From Eledone cirrhosa (lineage: Eukaryota), in assembly GCA_964016885.1 (NCBI GenBank), contig CAXHJY010000688.1, positions 34,562-98,561 of the forward strand: a stretch of 64,000 bases of DNA. Direction: 5' to 3'. Under the pieces are notes generated by a model, which was not told the DNA's origin, did not search any database, and saw nothing but the letters and a program-made list of their open reading frames with translations. Below are positions 37,589 to 53,673 of this stretch, one piece after another; the stretch's first letter is position 1; each line of letters starts with the position of its first letter. A program made the translations under genes and the position numbers.

Positions 37589-38759
37589 TTAAAAATGAAA
37601 AATGCTTTTCTAAATATTTTTATTTTGTTTTTGTCAAAACTAAGAAATATGAGAAATCTATCTTGTAAAATAATTTCATTTGAATTAAATTTTATTTTAC
37701 TCACAAGACCAAGACAAACTGACGAGGCATAGAAATAAATGAATAAATAAAATGTGGACGAGTAATTGATATATCTTTTACAAAAGTCTTGAATCAGGAA
37801 TTTAAATTGAAATATTTCCAAAAAGACAGTTTATTTAGGAGTGTGTGTATGTTGTAGAGGGAGGGAAGCTCTTCTACACTAACCAAATATGATACATTGA
37901 TGAGACAATTTCCGTTCTCTGTCAGTACTTGAATAACGAAAAGAAACTGGTCATGCCTGGACAAAGTACACATGTTTTAATTAATCACAGATAGAAAACA
38001 TTTCAGCTGCATATTTGGTGATAATTTGGCACACAGGCTAAGAGGGCCAAACAAGATATTTTGAAATAAAATATTTTGCTGTGTCATGGCTTCAACTTAG
38101 CTTTCATATTTTAGCAGTATAGAAATATATATGGATATATATACAATATGTTTATGCATAATAGTCATAAATCTCACTATGGGTATTTTAAGTTATGATC
38201 ATGTCATAGCTATATCAGTAACCATGTGAGATTGCTAATACTAGTATTTCAGGACCTTTATCTATCTTCAGTAATGTTCATTCATTAGGTACTAAGGAAA
38301 AATAAGCTGATAGCTTATAGATTTTTGCCAAAAAACCTGGAGGGGAAATGGGTTCCACCCGGTTTTAAAAATGCCTTAGAAACGCTGTATGTCACTATGG
38401 CACCCCTTAGACTGCCTCAGGAGTTACAGTATCATGCATACGTTTACGGAGATGTTCATTAGTGTATAGTGCAGGCTTAATAGGCTGGTATTAATAAGCA
38501 GTAGCTCTAACACAGTGTGATTCAAAATGAAGATGAATATGGAAGCATATATGCTATGTTTAAGCCTGGTTTATTATTGATCCATATATTATTAATTTTG
38601 ACTAATATCCATTTTAAAAGATACCCATTTTACTATTAATGTGGTGCGTTAAATAAATATATACATATACATCAGGTCTGAACACAATGGAACCAGACTC
38701 CCATTGTCACTATACTGTCTCCGCCTCTCTCACTCTCCCCATCTCTCACTATTATAAGC

Positions 38760-38965
38760 AAATGGGGGCCCACGTGCTGGCTTCCCCACGGCCCCGGCAG
38801 ACAAAATAGAGATGGCGTTTCCCCGGAGGATGGTGAGGGAGACGTGCTGAAGAGCCATTCTGGTTTACAGAGCTCACACTTGCAGGTAGCGAACTCTGTG
38901 CTGATGGTGGTGAGTAGGGAGGTGGTCCTAGGGCCAAGGACACCAGAAGTCTCCACTGCTACGGG
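38760..38965 (-). mobile_element. CRE-like non-LTR C-terminal fragment
   Basis: VAVETSGVLGPRTTSLL..I..EWLF..SL..LRGNAISIL with a frameshift. Confidence 0.6.
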
Positions 38966-39409
38966 CTGATGCTATTCAGAGTCCAGTTATGTCTCACAAC
39001 TTTCCTTTATATATACGGCTGTTACGTGTAACCAAACATACTCCTACACTGATGACACTACCACCCACGTTTCCTGAACACTGCCAACACTATCCCCAAA
39101 ACTAACCGTTTTTGTTTTTAGAGTCAGAAAATAGTTGAACTGCAATCAATTGCTGACTCTCTATAAACACATTTTGAAACTAACTGTCTAAAACCACTCT
39201 TGGTTCTACAATGTAAAACATTTGTTTTTAAGTGATTATCTTCATAAAAATCCTTCCATCATAATTTCATGTAAGACCCTTTGTCAAGTTATGTTCCAAA
39301 CATCAGCTTACTAATGAAAAAATTAATTATATTATTAAATCCTTCCAAATTCTTGACAATTTTCAAAGTTATTTGAATGTAGAATCAGTGATTTGCATTA
39401 GAAATATAA

Positions 39410-39598
39410 TAATTGTTTCTACTTTAGGCACAAGGCCAGCAATTACCCAGTGCATTACTGGTACCTTATTTTATCGACCCCGTAAGGATGAAAAGCAAAG
39501 TCAACCTCGGCGGGATTTGAACTCAGATCGTAAAGGGACGTAACTATGCTGGAAAGCATGGCGTCCGACCCTCTACCGATACTGCCAATCCACCGCCA
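39410..39598 (-). mobile_element. tRNA-derived SINE (same family as 15052-15245)
   Basis: Reverse-complement match. Further partial copies at ~29690-29935, 32500-33195 and 39945-40520. Confidence 0.8.
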
Positions 39599-41865
39599 AA
39601 TCACCATCCATCCATTAGAAATATAATAATGAAATGATTATTCTGTGACAGAGCTGTTGGTAGTGCTGCTGCTGCTGCTACACACACACACACACACACA
39701 CACACATATTTTAGACTGTAAAAAAAAGAAAGAGAAAAGTCTATTTGGCTGATTGCCAAAATCTTACACCTATCTATATGATTTAACCACCATCTGCCAG
39801 ACATACTATTCCTGCCCTCTGCCTCCATCACATCTACTACAATGGATTCTGTTCCTATGACCTAGTAAGCTATAAGCTATATACCAAGCCCAACCAATAT
39901 ACCCAGCTAGCTTTTTCTGGTCATCCCTAGTGTGTCTCACTGCATCTTAAGGATGAAAGGCAAAGTTAACCTCGGCGGGATTTGAACTCAGAATGGCAAG
40001 GGCCGCATCTCTATGCATCAAAGCATGACATCCGACCCTCTACCGATACTGCCAACCCACCGTTGATGGACATCTGCTCTGGCTTGGCTCACATCGCGAC
40101 AACTTGTCTAACCCATGCTTGCATGGGAAAATGGACGTTAAATGAGGATGATGAACATAAAAGCAAAACTAGAATGGAAAGAACAGGGTAGTAAATTGAC
40201 TCCGATGTTAACCAGTACTTGATTTTATCAACCTTAGAAAGATTTGAACTTAGAATGTAAACTAAACAACACATGGTATCATGGTTGATTCTTTAACGAT
40301 TCTGCCATTCAACTAAATAATGGTTTCTGATTTAGACACAAGGCCAACAATTTTGGAGAGGCCAAAGTCAATTAAATCGACCCCAGCACATTATTTTATC
40401 AACCCTGTAAGGATGAGAGGCAAAGCTAACATTGGTGGGATTTGAACTCAGAACATAAAGGGCCATAACTTTATGCCATGAAGCATGTTGACCTATGCTC
40501 TATTGATTCTGTCAATCAACTAAATAATGAAAAATGTTTTTATAATATCAACCTCAAGAAAATGAAAGAAACGCTGAACAGATTTTACAGACAAAAATCA
40601 ACCAGCAGGAGACCCAGGGGTAGACCCCAAGGAAGATGGTTGGATAACATCCATGTGCTTGGAGAGTCTCATTTGGGAACCTAGCTGGAGATGGTTGCTT
40701 CTGACAGGACCAGCTGGAAGGTGTTTGAGGACTCTGCCCCTACAATCCTCTCAGGAATAAGTGGGAGCAGAAGGAGGAGAAGAAAGAGGAGGAGGAAAAT
40801 GAAAGTGTAACAACAAGATTTAACTTGATTTAGCAAAAAATATCTAAAAGTGGGTTTGTTAAGTCAAATGTTTATAGTATCTTTACTAGTGGAAATTTGT
40901 ACTAAACTAAAGACTTCAATTTTTAATGTGATGCAGTTATAGTGTTTTGTACTTTTCAAGAATGGTTTGCTAATGTGGTTTCATGCAGTACAGGATGTTA
41001 ATAGATAAAGAGAAAGTGAGAGGGTTGAAACTAAAGCATTTAGTTTGGCAGTACTATTTCTGTAAACTTGCGACCCTACCATGATAAATAATATAACTAC
41101 TAATGAACCAATGAGGGAGCCTCTACATGGTTGCTCAACCTGCTAGATATAGCAGCTAAATCTCCCTCAAATTCCAGTATCATCTCAATAAAAAAAAAAA
41201 CATTGACTAATGTAAACCAGAATATTTCATCATCATCATTTAACGTCTATTTTCCATGCTAGCATGGGTGAGACAGATTGTCCCGTTTGAGCCAAGTCGA
41301 GTCAGGTGAGCGTGTCTTGCTCATACATAACTATTTCTGGCTAGGTTTCTACAGCTGGATGGCTTTTCTAGCAAACTGGGTGCTTTCTAAAAATAAAAGA
41401 TTGGCTGGTCACAGATGTAATCATTTTAATCATAGGTTTGTTCAATCAGGGCTGACTTGGAGCTAAATAACAATAACAACAATATTAATATAACTAATAA
41501 TAATTTTATTAGGGCTCAGGAATGGGAACAGCAACACTTCTGTGCAGCCCTTTATGAAAGTGGAGCCTTTGGGTTTCTGCCATTGACAGTAGAATGATAT
41601 TCAAATTACTTATTTTACTTGGAGTAGCAATTTAACCACACTAGAAATGATGAAATAAGTCTACCAAAATTCCTTCCAAGACTAATGATGATAAGAGAGA
41701 GAGAGGGAGAGAGATGATTATATTTCAATATGGTTAATTTCAAATAGTTTGTGCTATCACAAGCAGAGATTGCGTATGCATTCAGGATTATTGTAAATGT
41801 ATATTTATACATACCTATATACATATAAAGACACATATACATAGCCTTAGCCATAGAAAGAAGTT

Positions 41866-42179
41866 TGTACATACAAATATATATACATATACATACATAC
41901 ATATATATATATACATATACATACCTACATATATACATATACATATACATACCTACATATATACATACATATACATACACATACATACATACATATATAA
42001 ACATACATATATACACATACATATATACATACATATACATACATATATACATACATATACACATACATATACACATACATATACATACATACATATACAC
42101 ATACATATATATACATATATATATACATACATATATATATATATACATACATATATATATACATACATATATATATACA

Positions 42180-42214
<35 letters not shown>
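41866..42214. repeat. Compound (TA)n/(TACA)n microsatellite
   Basis: Directly visible. Confidence 0.97.
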
Positions 42215-42216
<2 letters not shown>

Positions 42217-43414
42217 CATCATCATCATCATCATCATCACCGTTTTACGTCCGTTCTTCCACGCTAGCATGGGTTAGACGGGTTGTCCTGTTGTGGGCAG
42301 TGTCTGGTCGGCTGACCATTCCTTGCTCATACAGGAACTGATCTGGCTTGATTTCTACAGCTGGATGCCCTTCCTAACACCAACCTCATTTACAGTGAGT
42401 GCTGGGTGCTTTTTCGTGGCGCCTACACGTCCACTTTACAGTGTGGGCTGGGTGCTTTTTTGCCGTGGCACCTCCACGACCACCTTGCGGTGGGGGGGGG
42501 GCATATTGTTTATATGCTTCAGCATGTACCCATGGGAGGTCGGGTACCCTGTATTACTGCGTGACGCCAGAAGTCACGGTCGTGTGTCATTGACTTTGAG
42601 AGGTGTAGTTGGGTAAGGTCGGCTTTTATCACCTCATCCCAAGTCATCTTGGGTCTCCCCACTCCGCGGTTTCCATCAACTTCTAGTGCTCTGCACCTTT
42701 TTATGCAGCTGTCATCCTTCATACGCATCACATGTCCATACCAGCGTAACCGCCTCTCCTGCACACAGCATTTGATTCCTCTTATGCTCAGTCTCTCTCT
42801 CAATTCCTTTATGCTTTGTCGTTCACGTATATTACTGTTACACATCCATCGGAGCATGCAGGCTTCGTTTCTCTCTAATCTACGTAAGTCTTCCACCTTC
42901 AGCGCCCAGGTCTCACTACCATGCAACATCGCTGTTCGGATACACGCATCATACAGTCTGCCTTTCATTCTGAGGGAGAAGCCTTTTGCAGCTAGCAGTG
43001 GTAGTAGTTCCCTAAACTTCTTCCATCCCGTTCTTACCCTAGTTATTGTACTTTCTGAGCACCCACCTCCGTTGCTAATTCGGTCACCTAGGTAGCAGAA
43101 GCTGTCTACTGTTTCTACAGGGCCCTCCCAGAGATTGGTGGTACTTGTTTCCTGTGGCTGTTTGCTTGCTGTTTCAGCACAGCTGCTGCATGTGAATCCT
43201 ACATTCTTAATTAAGCTTCCTGAGATCCCGCTACATCTCTTGTGTACCCATTGTTTGCATTTGGGGCAGAGAATGGAGTTCCTACCTACACCTTTCCTAC
43301 ATACTGAGCAAGGCCATTTCCCTGAGGGGATCTGGGTTCTGTTTTCTCGTCTACTTATAAGGACCTTAGTCTTTGTCATGTTGACTTTGAGGCCCTTTCT
43401 CTCTAGTCCCTGCT
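42215..43414 (-). mobile_element. 5'-truncated young RTE LINE (open frame to stop at 42519)
   Basis: [13 protein letters not shown]-like Cys cluster, [21 protein letters not shown] and [12 protein letters not shown]; (GAT)n tail; near-identical to 53992-55190. Confidence 0.95.
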
Positions 43415-44060
43415 ATATGTATACATATACATATATACATATACATATATATACATACATATATATATATACATACATACATATATATACATACATACAT
43501 ATATATACATATACATACATATATATATATACATATACATACATATATATATATACATATACATACATATATATACATACATACATATATATACATATAC
43601 ATACATATATATATATACATATACATACATATATATATATACATATACATACATATATATATATACATACATATATATATATACATACATATATATATAT
43701 ATACATATACATACATATATATATATACATATACATACATATATATATATACATATACATACATATACATACATATATATATATACATATACATACATAT
43801 ACATACATATATATATATACATATACATACATATATATATATATATACATACATATATATATATACATACATATATATATATACATACATATATATATAT
43901 ACATATACATACACATATATATATACATATACACATATACATACACATATATATATACATACATATATATATATACATATACATACATATATATATATAT
44001 ACATATACATATATATATATACATATACATACATATATATATATATACATATACATACAC
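43415..44060. repeat. Compound (TA)n/(TACA)n microsatellite
   Basis: Directly visible. Confidence 0.97.
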
Positions 44061-44430
44061 ATGAGATCGTGTAGGTGTCACGACAAAAAAACACACAGTC
44101 CACGCTGTAAATGTGGCCGTGTAGGCAACACGGTAAAAACCTCCCAGCCCCACACTGTAAATGTGGTTGGTGTTAGGAAGGGCATCCAGCTGTACAAAAC
44201 CCGCCAGACAGTCCACGCTGTAATGTGGGCGTGTAGGCAACACGGTAAAAACCTCCCAGCCCCACACTGTAAATGTGGTTGGTGTTAGGAAGGGCATCCA
44301 ACTGTAGAAAACCTGCCAGACAGTCCTATGCGAGCAAGACAACCACTCTTGCCTCAAGTGGGAAAACCCCCGTCCAAACCCATGCAAGCGTGGAACACGG
44401 ACGCTAAACCTGATGATGATGATGATGATA
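44061..44430 (+). mobile_element. RTE-related 3' UTR fragment with an internal ~115-bp tandem duplication
   Basis: GGTTGGTGTTAGGAAGGGCATCCA occurs twice; AAACCCATGCAAGCGTGGAA; (GAT)n tail. Confidence 0.75.
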
Positions 44431-44525
44431 TACATACATATATATATATACATATACATATATACATATATATATATATACATATATACATATATACATA
44501 TATATATACATATATACATATATAC

Positions 44526-44572
<47 letters not shown>

Positions 44573-44575
44573 TAT

Positions 44576-44620
<45 letters not shown>

Positions 44621-44661
44621 TATATAATATAAGATCAAAAGATGGTTAAAGGAGTTCCATA

Positions 44662-44732
44662 TATTTTATTATGCGCATTTCAAAAACAAACATCATCATG
44701 CAATAATATTTGTGTTTTCATCAGATAAAATA
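44662..44732 (-). ncRNA. Type I hammerhead ribozyme (inverted pLTR copy)
   Basis: Reverse complement of 48724-48794. Confidence 0.85.
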
Positions 44733-45576
44733 GGAGAACATGATATGAAGGCTAAAAAACACTTGTGGATAGTGCAGTTTTAAATCAACATATGAAAAGT
44801 GGTTTTAGATTGATGTGTGATATTGGGAAAAATATTTTATTTAGAGAGGGGGGGGGGGGGGAGGATGAAAAGGGAAGGAGATGAGAGGGAGAGATGGGTG
44901 ATAGAGAGAAAGAGATAGTTTTTATAACTGAGAGGAGATATATTTTTTACATAGAGAGGTTGAAAACCGTTGGAAGATACTGTATAAATTAAAAATTTTG
45001 AAAATTAACGAAGGGAGGATATGTGCGAGGAAAAAATATTTTATTTAGGGAGGGGGGTGGAAAGGATGAAAAAAAAGGGGGAGGAGATGAGAGTGAAGGT
45101 GGAGAGGGAGAGATGGGTGATAGAGAGAAAGAGATAGTTTTTATAACTGAGAAAAAGATATATTGTTTTAATATAGAGAGGTTGGGAACCGTTGGAAGAT
45201 AATGTATAAATTAAAGGAATTTGAAAATTAACGAAGGGAAATTATGTATGAAGATAGAGAGAAAAAAATAATGATTGTGGGTGAATATTCTAACGTCAAA
45301 AAAAGAAATGTATGTATTGTGGCAATTTCAAAATTAGCGAAGAGAAAAATTGTTAAGGTTTGTGTGTAGAAGGATTTGAGAAAAATAATGTGAAGTTAAA
45401 GTTTGTATATTGATTGAATTGATAATATGTGCGAATAAAGAGTTAATATGTATTAATAATGAGTTCGTTGATGGGGAGAAAAAAATAATAATAAATTAAG
45501 GATGAAATTGAGATTAAAAAGATTTATGATAGAGAGAAAAGAATAGAGAGAAAAGAATAGAGGAAGAATTAACTAA

Positions 45577-47721
45577 AATAATAAAAAAAATCTTAAATTC
45601 AAGAGATACCCTTACAAAGGACAAGAGCACCTTGTAAATCTCAAGAAGACAATCTCTAACCTAAATTCCTCAAAAAATGTTTTAGTCCACTCTGACAAAA
45701 CCAATAACCTATATGGTATTTCCAAGGATAATTATAACAACCTTATCCTAAAGGAACTTAGGAAAAAGTATCGTAAAACCAACCATGAAAATTTAGAATG
45801 CATAAACCTTGAAGCCTATGAGATTATGTCAACACTTGGCATTGAAAAAAAGACCGAACCATTCCTCCCAAGAACTCCGAGGATAAATCTCAAGGATCAC
45901 AAAAACAATTTTCGCACTGAACTACCTGTTAGATTAATCGCCCCCTCTAAATCTGATCTGGGGGTTGTTAGTAAAGCCATCTTGGATAGGATTATCCCAC
46001 AGGTTAGTTCTTATTGCTCTTCTTTGAACCTAAATTTATGGTTTGGTACTTCTGAAGTGATTGGCTGGTTCAACAAATTGGATAATAAAAACAAACTAAA
46101 ATTTATTCAATTTGATATTGCCAGCTACTATTCCTCCATTTCGCCTTCACTTCTCAATAATGCTCTATCTTTCGCACTTAAATATTCTGACATCACCACA
46201 GATGAACTTCACATCATCCTCACCGCACGTAAAACCATCCTAGAGTCCAACAACGAATATTGGACCAGAACCGATACCTCTAACAACTTCGACATCACAA
46301 TGGGAGCATCCGATTCATCCCAATTGACTGATTTAATTGGTATCTTCATTTTGAACTCTTTGAGTCGGAAAATTCCTCAACTTCGCGGTGGAATTTATCG
46401 TGACGATGGGCTCTTAACTATCCTAAATTGCAATATAGTTAAACTTAATATTATTAAGAACAATATACATAATCTCTTTAACCAACATAACCTAAAAATT
46501 GAATTTGATAATAGTATCAAACTAGCTAATTTCTTGGATGTATCTCTTAATCTTGACACTGGCCTATATTACCCTTACCATAAAAACAATGAGAACCTTA
46601 ATTATGTTAACTTTAAATCTAACCATCCTACCAATATCAAGAATGCTATAGTTAATAATATTGGAAATAGAATATCTAACATATCTTCTAATAAAAACAT
46701 CTTTGATGCTAACGCCAATTACTATAATAACGCACTTTCTAAAGCCAGCTATCCAGATAAAATCAAATATAATAAAGAAACAAATTCTAGAAAAACTTAC
46801 AGTAGAATAATTAATCATAACCATTCCAATAATTTTAATAAAAGACCTAGATACAAAAACATAATCTGGTATAATGCTCCTTTCTCCATCTCTATTAATA
46901 ACAATATTCCTAAATTATTTTTTAGTGCCTTAAATAAATGCTTCCCTCCCTCACATATCTATAGTAAAATATTTAACAAACACACCATCAAATTTTCGTA
47001 TTCTACATCCTCCAATATTTCCAACATCATCTCTAAACACAACAACAAAATATTAAATACTAAATCTCTTCCTTCCAATATTGAATTTCATAATAACAGT
47101 AATAGTACTCCCGACGTCATTGTAAACCCTAGGCTAACTTCTGTAAACCCAAATACAACGTCAAACACAACTTCGCTAAATGTTCATAATCCAACTCTAA
47201 ATCAAGAAACTATTATTCCTATCGCAAACAACTTCTCCAATCCAATTCCTTCTATAGATAACACTAGATCACTCATTAATAATCTCTCTAATTGCAACTG
47301 CCGCATTAAAAATAAATGTCCTCTCAACAACCATTGCCTCGATAAAAACTTAATTTATGAATGTAAAATTATAACTAGCACCAATTCCTTCACCTATTTT
47401 GGCTCCACTTCCACCTCTTTTAAAGCTCGTCTCTATAATCATCATTCATCTTTCAAATACAAACTTAAAAGAACTAACACTGCTCTCTCAGAACTCATAT
47501 GGTCCTTAAAAGACAAAAACATTAAATATACCATCTTTTGGAAGAAGATTTCTTCTGCATCCTCATACTTGAACAGCTCTCTATCGAAAATCTGTAATCT
47601 CTGCCTAAATGAAAAATTTACCATTATCTCTAACCTAGATTCTATAATAAATAGACGCTCAGATTTGTTTTCTATCTGCCTGCATAAATTCCATAGAACT
47701 TTTCACAAAGTATACAGTTAA
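45577..47721 (+). CDS. PLE reverse transcriptase + C-terminal GIY-YIG endonuclease (N-truncated; first ATG 45826)
   Basis: Frame open from 45577: SDKTNNLY, RLIAPSKSDLG, FDIASYYSSI, FDITMG, GIYRDDGL, FLDV, SNHP, IIWYNAPF, KIFNKHTIKFSYS, CNC..CPL..C, LIY..YFGST, FKAR..H, CNLCLNEK, IN.RSDL..CLH. Naiad assignment is from recalled motifs. Confidence 0.93.
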   Translation, partial: NNKKNLKFKRYPYKGQEHLVNLKKTISNLNSSKNVLVHSDKTNNLYGISKDNYNNLILKELRKKYRKTNHENLECINLEAYEIMSTLGIEKKTEPFLPRTPRINLKDHKNNFRTELPVRLIAPSKSDLGVVSKAILDRIIPQVSSYCSSLNLNLWFGTSEVIGWFNKLDNKNKLKFIQFDIASYYSSISPSLLNNALSFALKYSDITTDELHIILTARKTILESNNEYWTRTDTSNNFDITMGASDSSQLTDLIGIFILNSLSRKIPQLRGGIYRDDGLLTILNCNIVKLNIIKNNIHNLFNQHNLKIEFDNSIKLANFLDVSLNLDTGLYYPYHKNNENLNYVNFKSNHPTNIKNAIVNNIGNRISNISSNKNIFDANANYYNNALSKASYPDKIKYNKETNSRKTYSRIINHNHSNNFNKRPRYKNIIWYNAPFSISINNNIPKLFFSALNKCFPPSHIYSKIFNKHTIKFSYSTSSNISNIISKHNNKILNTKSLPSNIEFHNNSNSTPDVIVNPRLTSVNPNTTSNTTSLNVHNPTLNQETIIPIANNFSNPIPSIDNTRSLINNLSNCNCRIKNKCPLNNHCLDKNLIYECKIITSTNSFTYFGSTSTSFKARLYNHHSSFKYKLKRTNTALSELIWSLKDKNIKYTIFWKKISSASSYLNSSLSKICNLCLNEKFTIISNLDSIINRRSDLFSICLHKFHRTFHKVYS

Positions 47722-48723
47722 TATTCAATTCTTTATCAATTTAGAATCTTTTCTCAAAGGCACATATACATACACCTCTTTAAAATATACCCATCTACCT
47801 TACTTTAAAGGGCATTATACACTCTATAATACTCGTTTACTCATTACCCTCATTCTACCTTCTTGTAAAATCATAACATTTGTTTTTGTCATTTGAATAT
47901 TCATCCGCAATCATTATTATTTTTTCTCTCTATCATAAATCTTTTTAATCTCAATTTCATCCTTAATTTATTATTATTTTTTTCTCCCCATCAACGAACT
48001 CATTATTAATACATATTAACTCTTTATTCGCACATATTATCAATTCAATCAATATACAAACTTTAACTTCACATTATTTTTCTCAAATCCTTCTACACAC
48101 AAACCTTAACAATTTTTCTCTTCGCTAATTTTGAAATTGCCACAATACATACATTTCTTTTTTTGACGTTAGAATATTCACCCACAATTATTATTTTTTT
48201 CTCTATCTTCATACATAATTTCCCTTCGTTAATTTTCAAATTCCTTTAATTTATACATTATCTTCCAACGGTTCCCAACCTCTCTATATTAAAACAATAT
48301 ATCTTTTTCTCAGTTATAAAAACTATCTCTTTCTCTCTATCACCCATCTCTCCCTCTCCACCTTCACTCTCATCTCCTCCCCCTTTTTTTTCATCCTTTC
48401 CACCCCCCTCCCTAAATAAAATATTTTTTCCTCGCACATATCCTCCCTTCGTTAATTTTCAAAATTTTTAATTTATACAGTATCTTCCAACGGTTTTCAG
48501 CCTCTCTATGTAAAAAATATATCTCCTCTCAGTTATAAAAGCTATCTCTTTCTCTCTATCACCCATCTCTCCCTCTCATCTCCTTCCCTTTTCATCCTCC
48601 CCCCCCCCCCCTCTCTAAATAAAATATTTTTCCCAATATCACACATCAATCTAAAACCACTTTTCATATATTGATTTAAAACTGCACTATCCACAAGTGT
48701 TTTTTAGCCTTCATATCATGTTC

Positions 48724-48794
48724 TATTTTATCTGATGAAAACACAAATATTATTGCATGATGATGTTTGTTTTTGAAATGCGCATAATAAAATA
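48724..48794 (+). ncRNA. Type I hammerhead ribozyme in the PLE 3' pLTR
   Basis: TATTTTAT-CTGATGA-long stem II-GAAA-TGCGCA-TA-ATAAAATA; 8-bp stem I and palindromic stem III. Confidence 0.88.
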
Positions 48795-48917
48795 TATGGA
48801 ACTCCTTTAACCATCTTTTGATCTTATATTATGCATACTCCAGTCCCACAAACTGTAGAGTGCTTCTTATCCGATATCTGCATTGCTTTATTGTACTACA
48901 ATAAAACTCAACTCCTA

Positions 48918-52060
<3,143 letters not shown>

Positions 52061-53477
52061 ATAACTTTGAATAACTTTGAAATGTTTTGGCCAGTATTGG
52101 CCCAGGCCATGTCTAACTTAATAGCACCACCTGGTGAAGTCTTTCAATTCAGGATTTGGGCACCATGGCCCATTCGAGAAGAGAATTACTGTTTGCGGAG
52201 ACATATCCGGGTGTGGGTGGTTTGTCCGGGATTACTTGGAGGAATTTGTCCAAAGACTTCTTGAATTTTGTGTGGTCAGTTTCTGTTTTGACGTGTCCTG
52301 GTGTGATGTTGAAGAGAGCAGGGCCGATTGAGGTGAAATAATTGTGCCGTATTGTTGTTATGAGTTGCGATTTAGATTTTTGAATGGGACGGATAGCACG
52401 GGGCCCAAGCCTCATTTGGGCAGTGATGATGGAATATTTTCCACATCATGCAGATAATATAACGCTCACGGCGTTTGGAGTGAGTAAAGTTTCAGGTTTT
52501 CTAATCAACCCCAGTAGTCAAGGTCTGACATGCCATCTATCTTTTTCGTGATTGCCCTTTGAGGAGCTTCAAGTTTCATGATACTTTGTTTCGTGTGGGG
52601 AGACCACAGTGCACAACAGTATTCAAGGTGTGGTCGGGCAAAAGTAGAGAAGAGAAGGATAATGGTGCGGGAATCTCTCGACTGGAAGGTTCTGAGGATC
52701 CAGGAACACATTCTGCGGGCCATGTCAACTTTGCTGCTTATATGCGTGGTCCAGCTTATGTTGCTGTCCACGGTTACTCCCAAGTCTCTGATGTTGTTAG
52801 ATGCCACGAGAGTTTCCCCGGAGGGAAGGGAGTACGGGAGTTTCAGAGCATCCTCTTTTCCAAAGTGGATCAGTTCGAATTTGTCTTCGTTCAGTAACAT
52901 GTTGTTCTTTTCTGCCCATTGGGTAACAGCCAGTAGGTCTGACTGAAGGCTTATCCGGTCATCCACGCCATTGATGACCTTTTGGAGCTTGGAATCATCA
53001 GCGAAAATTTTAATGTTGCTGTGTTTGATGATGTCAGTGATGTCATTAATATAGATGATGAAGAGAAGTGGGCCCAACACAGTGCCTTGTGGGACCCCAC
53101 TACTGACTTTGGCTGGGCTTGATTTGACTCCCTCAACTACAACATGTTGGGTTCTGTTTGACAGGAAGCTCTTGATCCACTGCAGCAGCTTTCCAGTGAC
53201 ACCAATATTGGACAGCTTTCTCAGTAGAATGTTATGATCAACCCTGTCAAAGGCCTTGCTGAAATCAAGGTAGATAACATCAGTGTTGGAACCCTCTCCC
53301 AAGGCTCTCAAAATGTCATCAAAGTGATGCAGTAGCTGCGTCAGGCAATCCCTTCCATTACGGAATCCATGCTGGTTGGAGTTCAGCATATTGTTACTCT
53401 CAAGGAAGTGGGTCATTCACGATCTCACCACTCTCTCAAATATCTTAATGATATGAGAGGTGAGTGAGATTGGACGG

Positions 53478-53479
<2 letters not shown>
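52061..53479 (-). mobile_element. 5'-truncated CR1-group LINE (RT domain, frameshifted)
   Basis: [51 protein letters not shown] and RDLGV; short tandem 3' tail (TTCAAAGTTA)2. Confidence 0.92.
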
Positions 53480-53541
<62 letters not shown>

Positions 53542-53673
53542 TATATACATATATATATACATATATATATACATATATATATACATATATATACATATAT
53601 ATATACATATATGTATATATATATACATATATACATATATATGTATATATGTATATGTATATATATATACATA

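Larger units (their letters stand above)
44624..48917 (+). mobile_element. Penelope-like retroelement (Naiad-type), 5'-truncated, with ~915-bp inverted pseudo-LTR
   Basis: RT + GIY-YIG ORF. 44624-45540 is the near-perfect reverse complement of 47922-48832. HHR in both copies; 85-nt tail only on the right; (TA)n on both flanks. Confidence 0.95.

Noticed and set aside
45577-48917. Selenoprotein/SECIS, as reported for some Naiad PLEs
   Set aside because: No in-frame TGA in the open frame (stop is TAA), and no SECIS was recognisable by eye.
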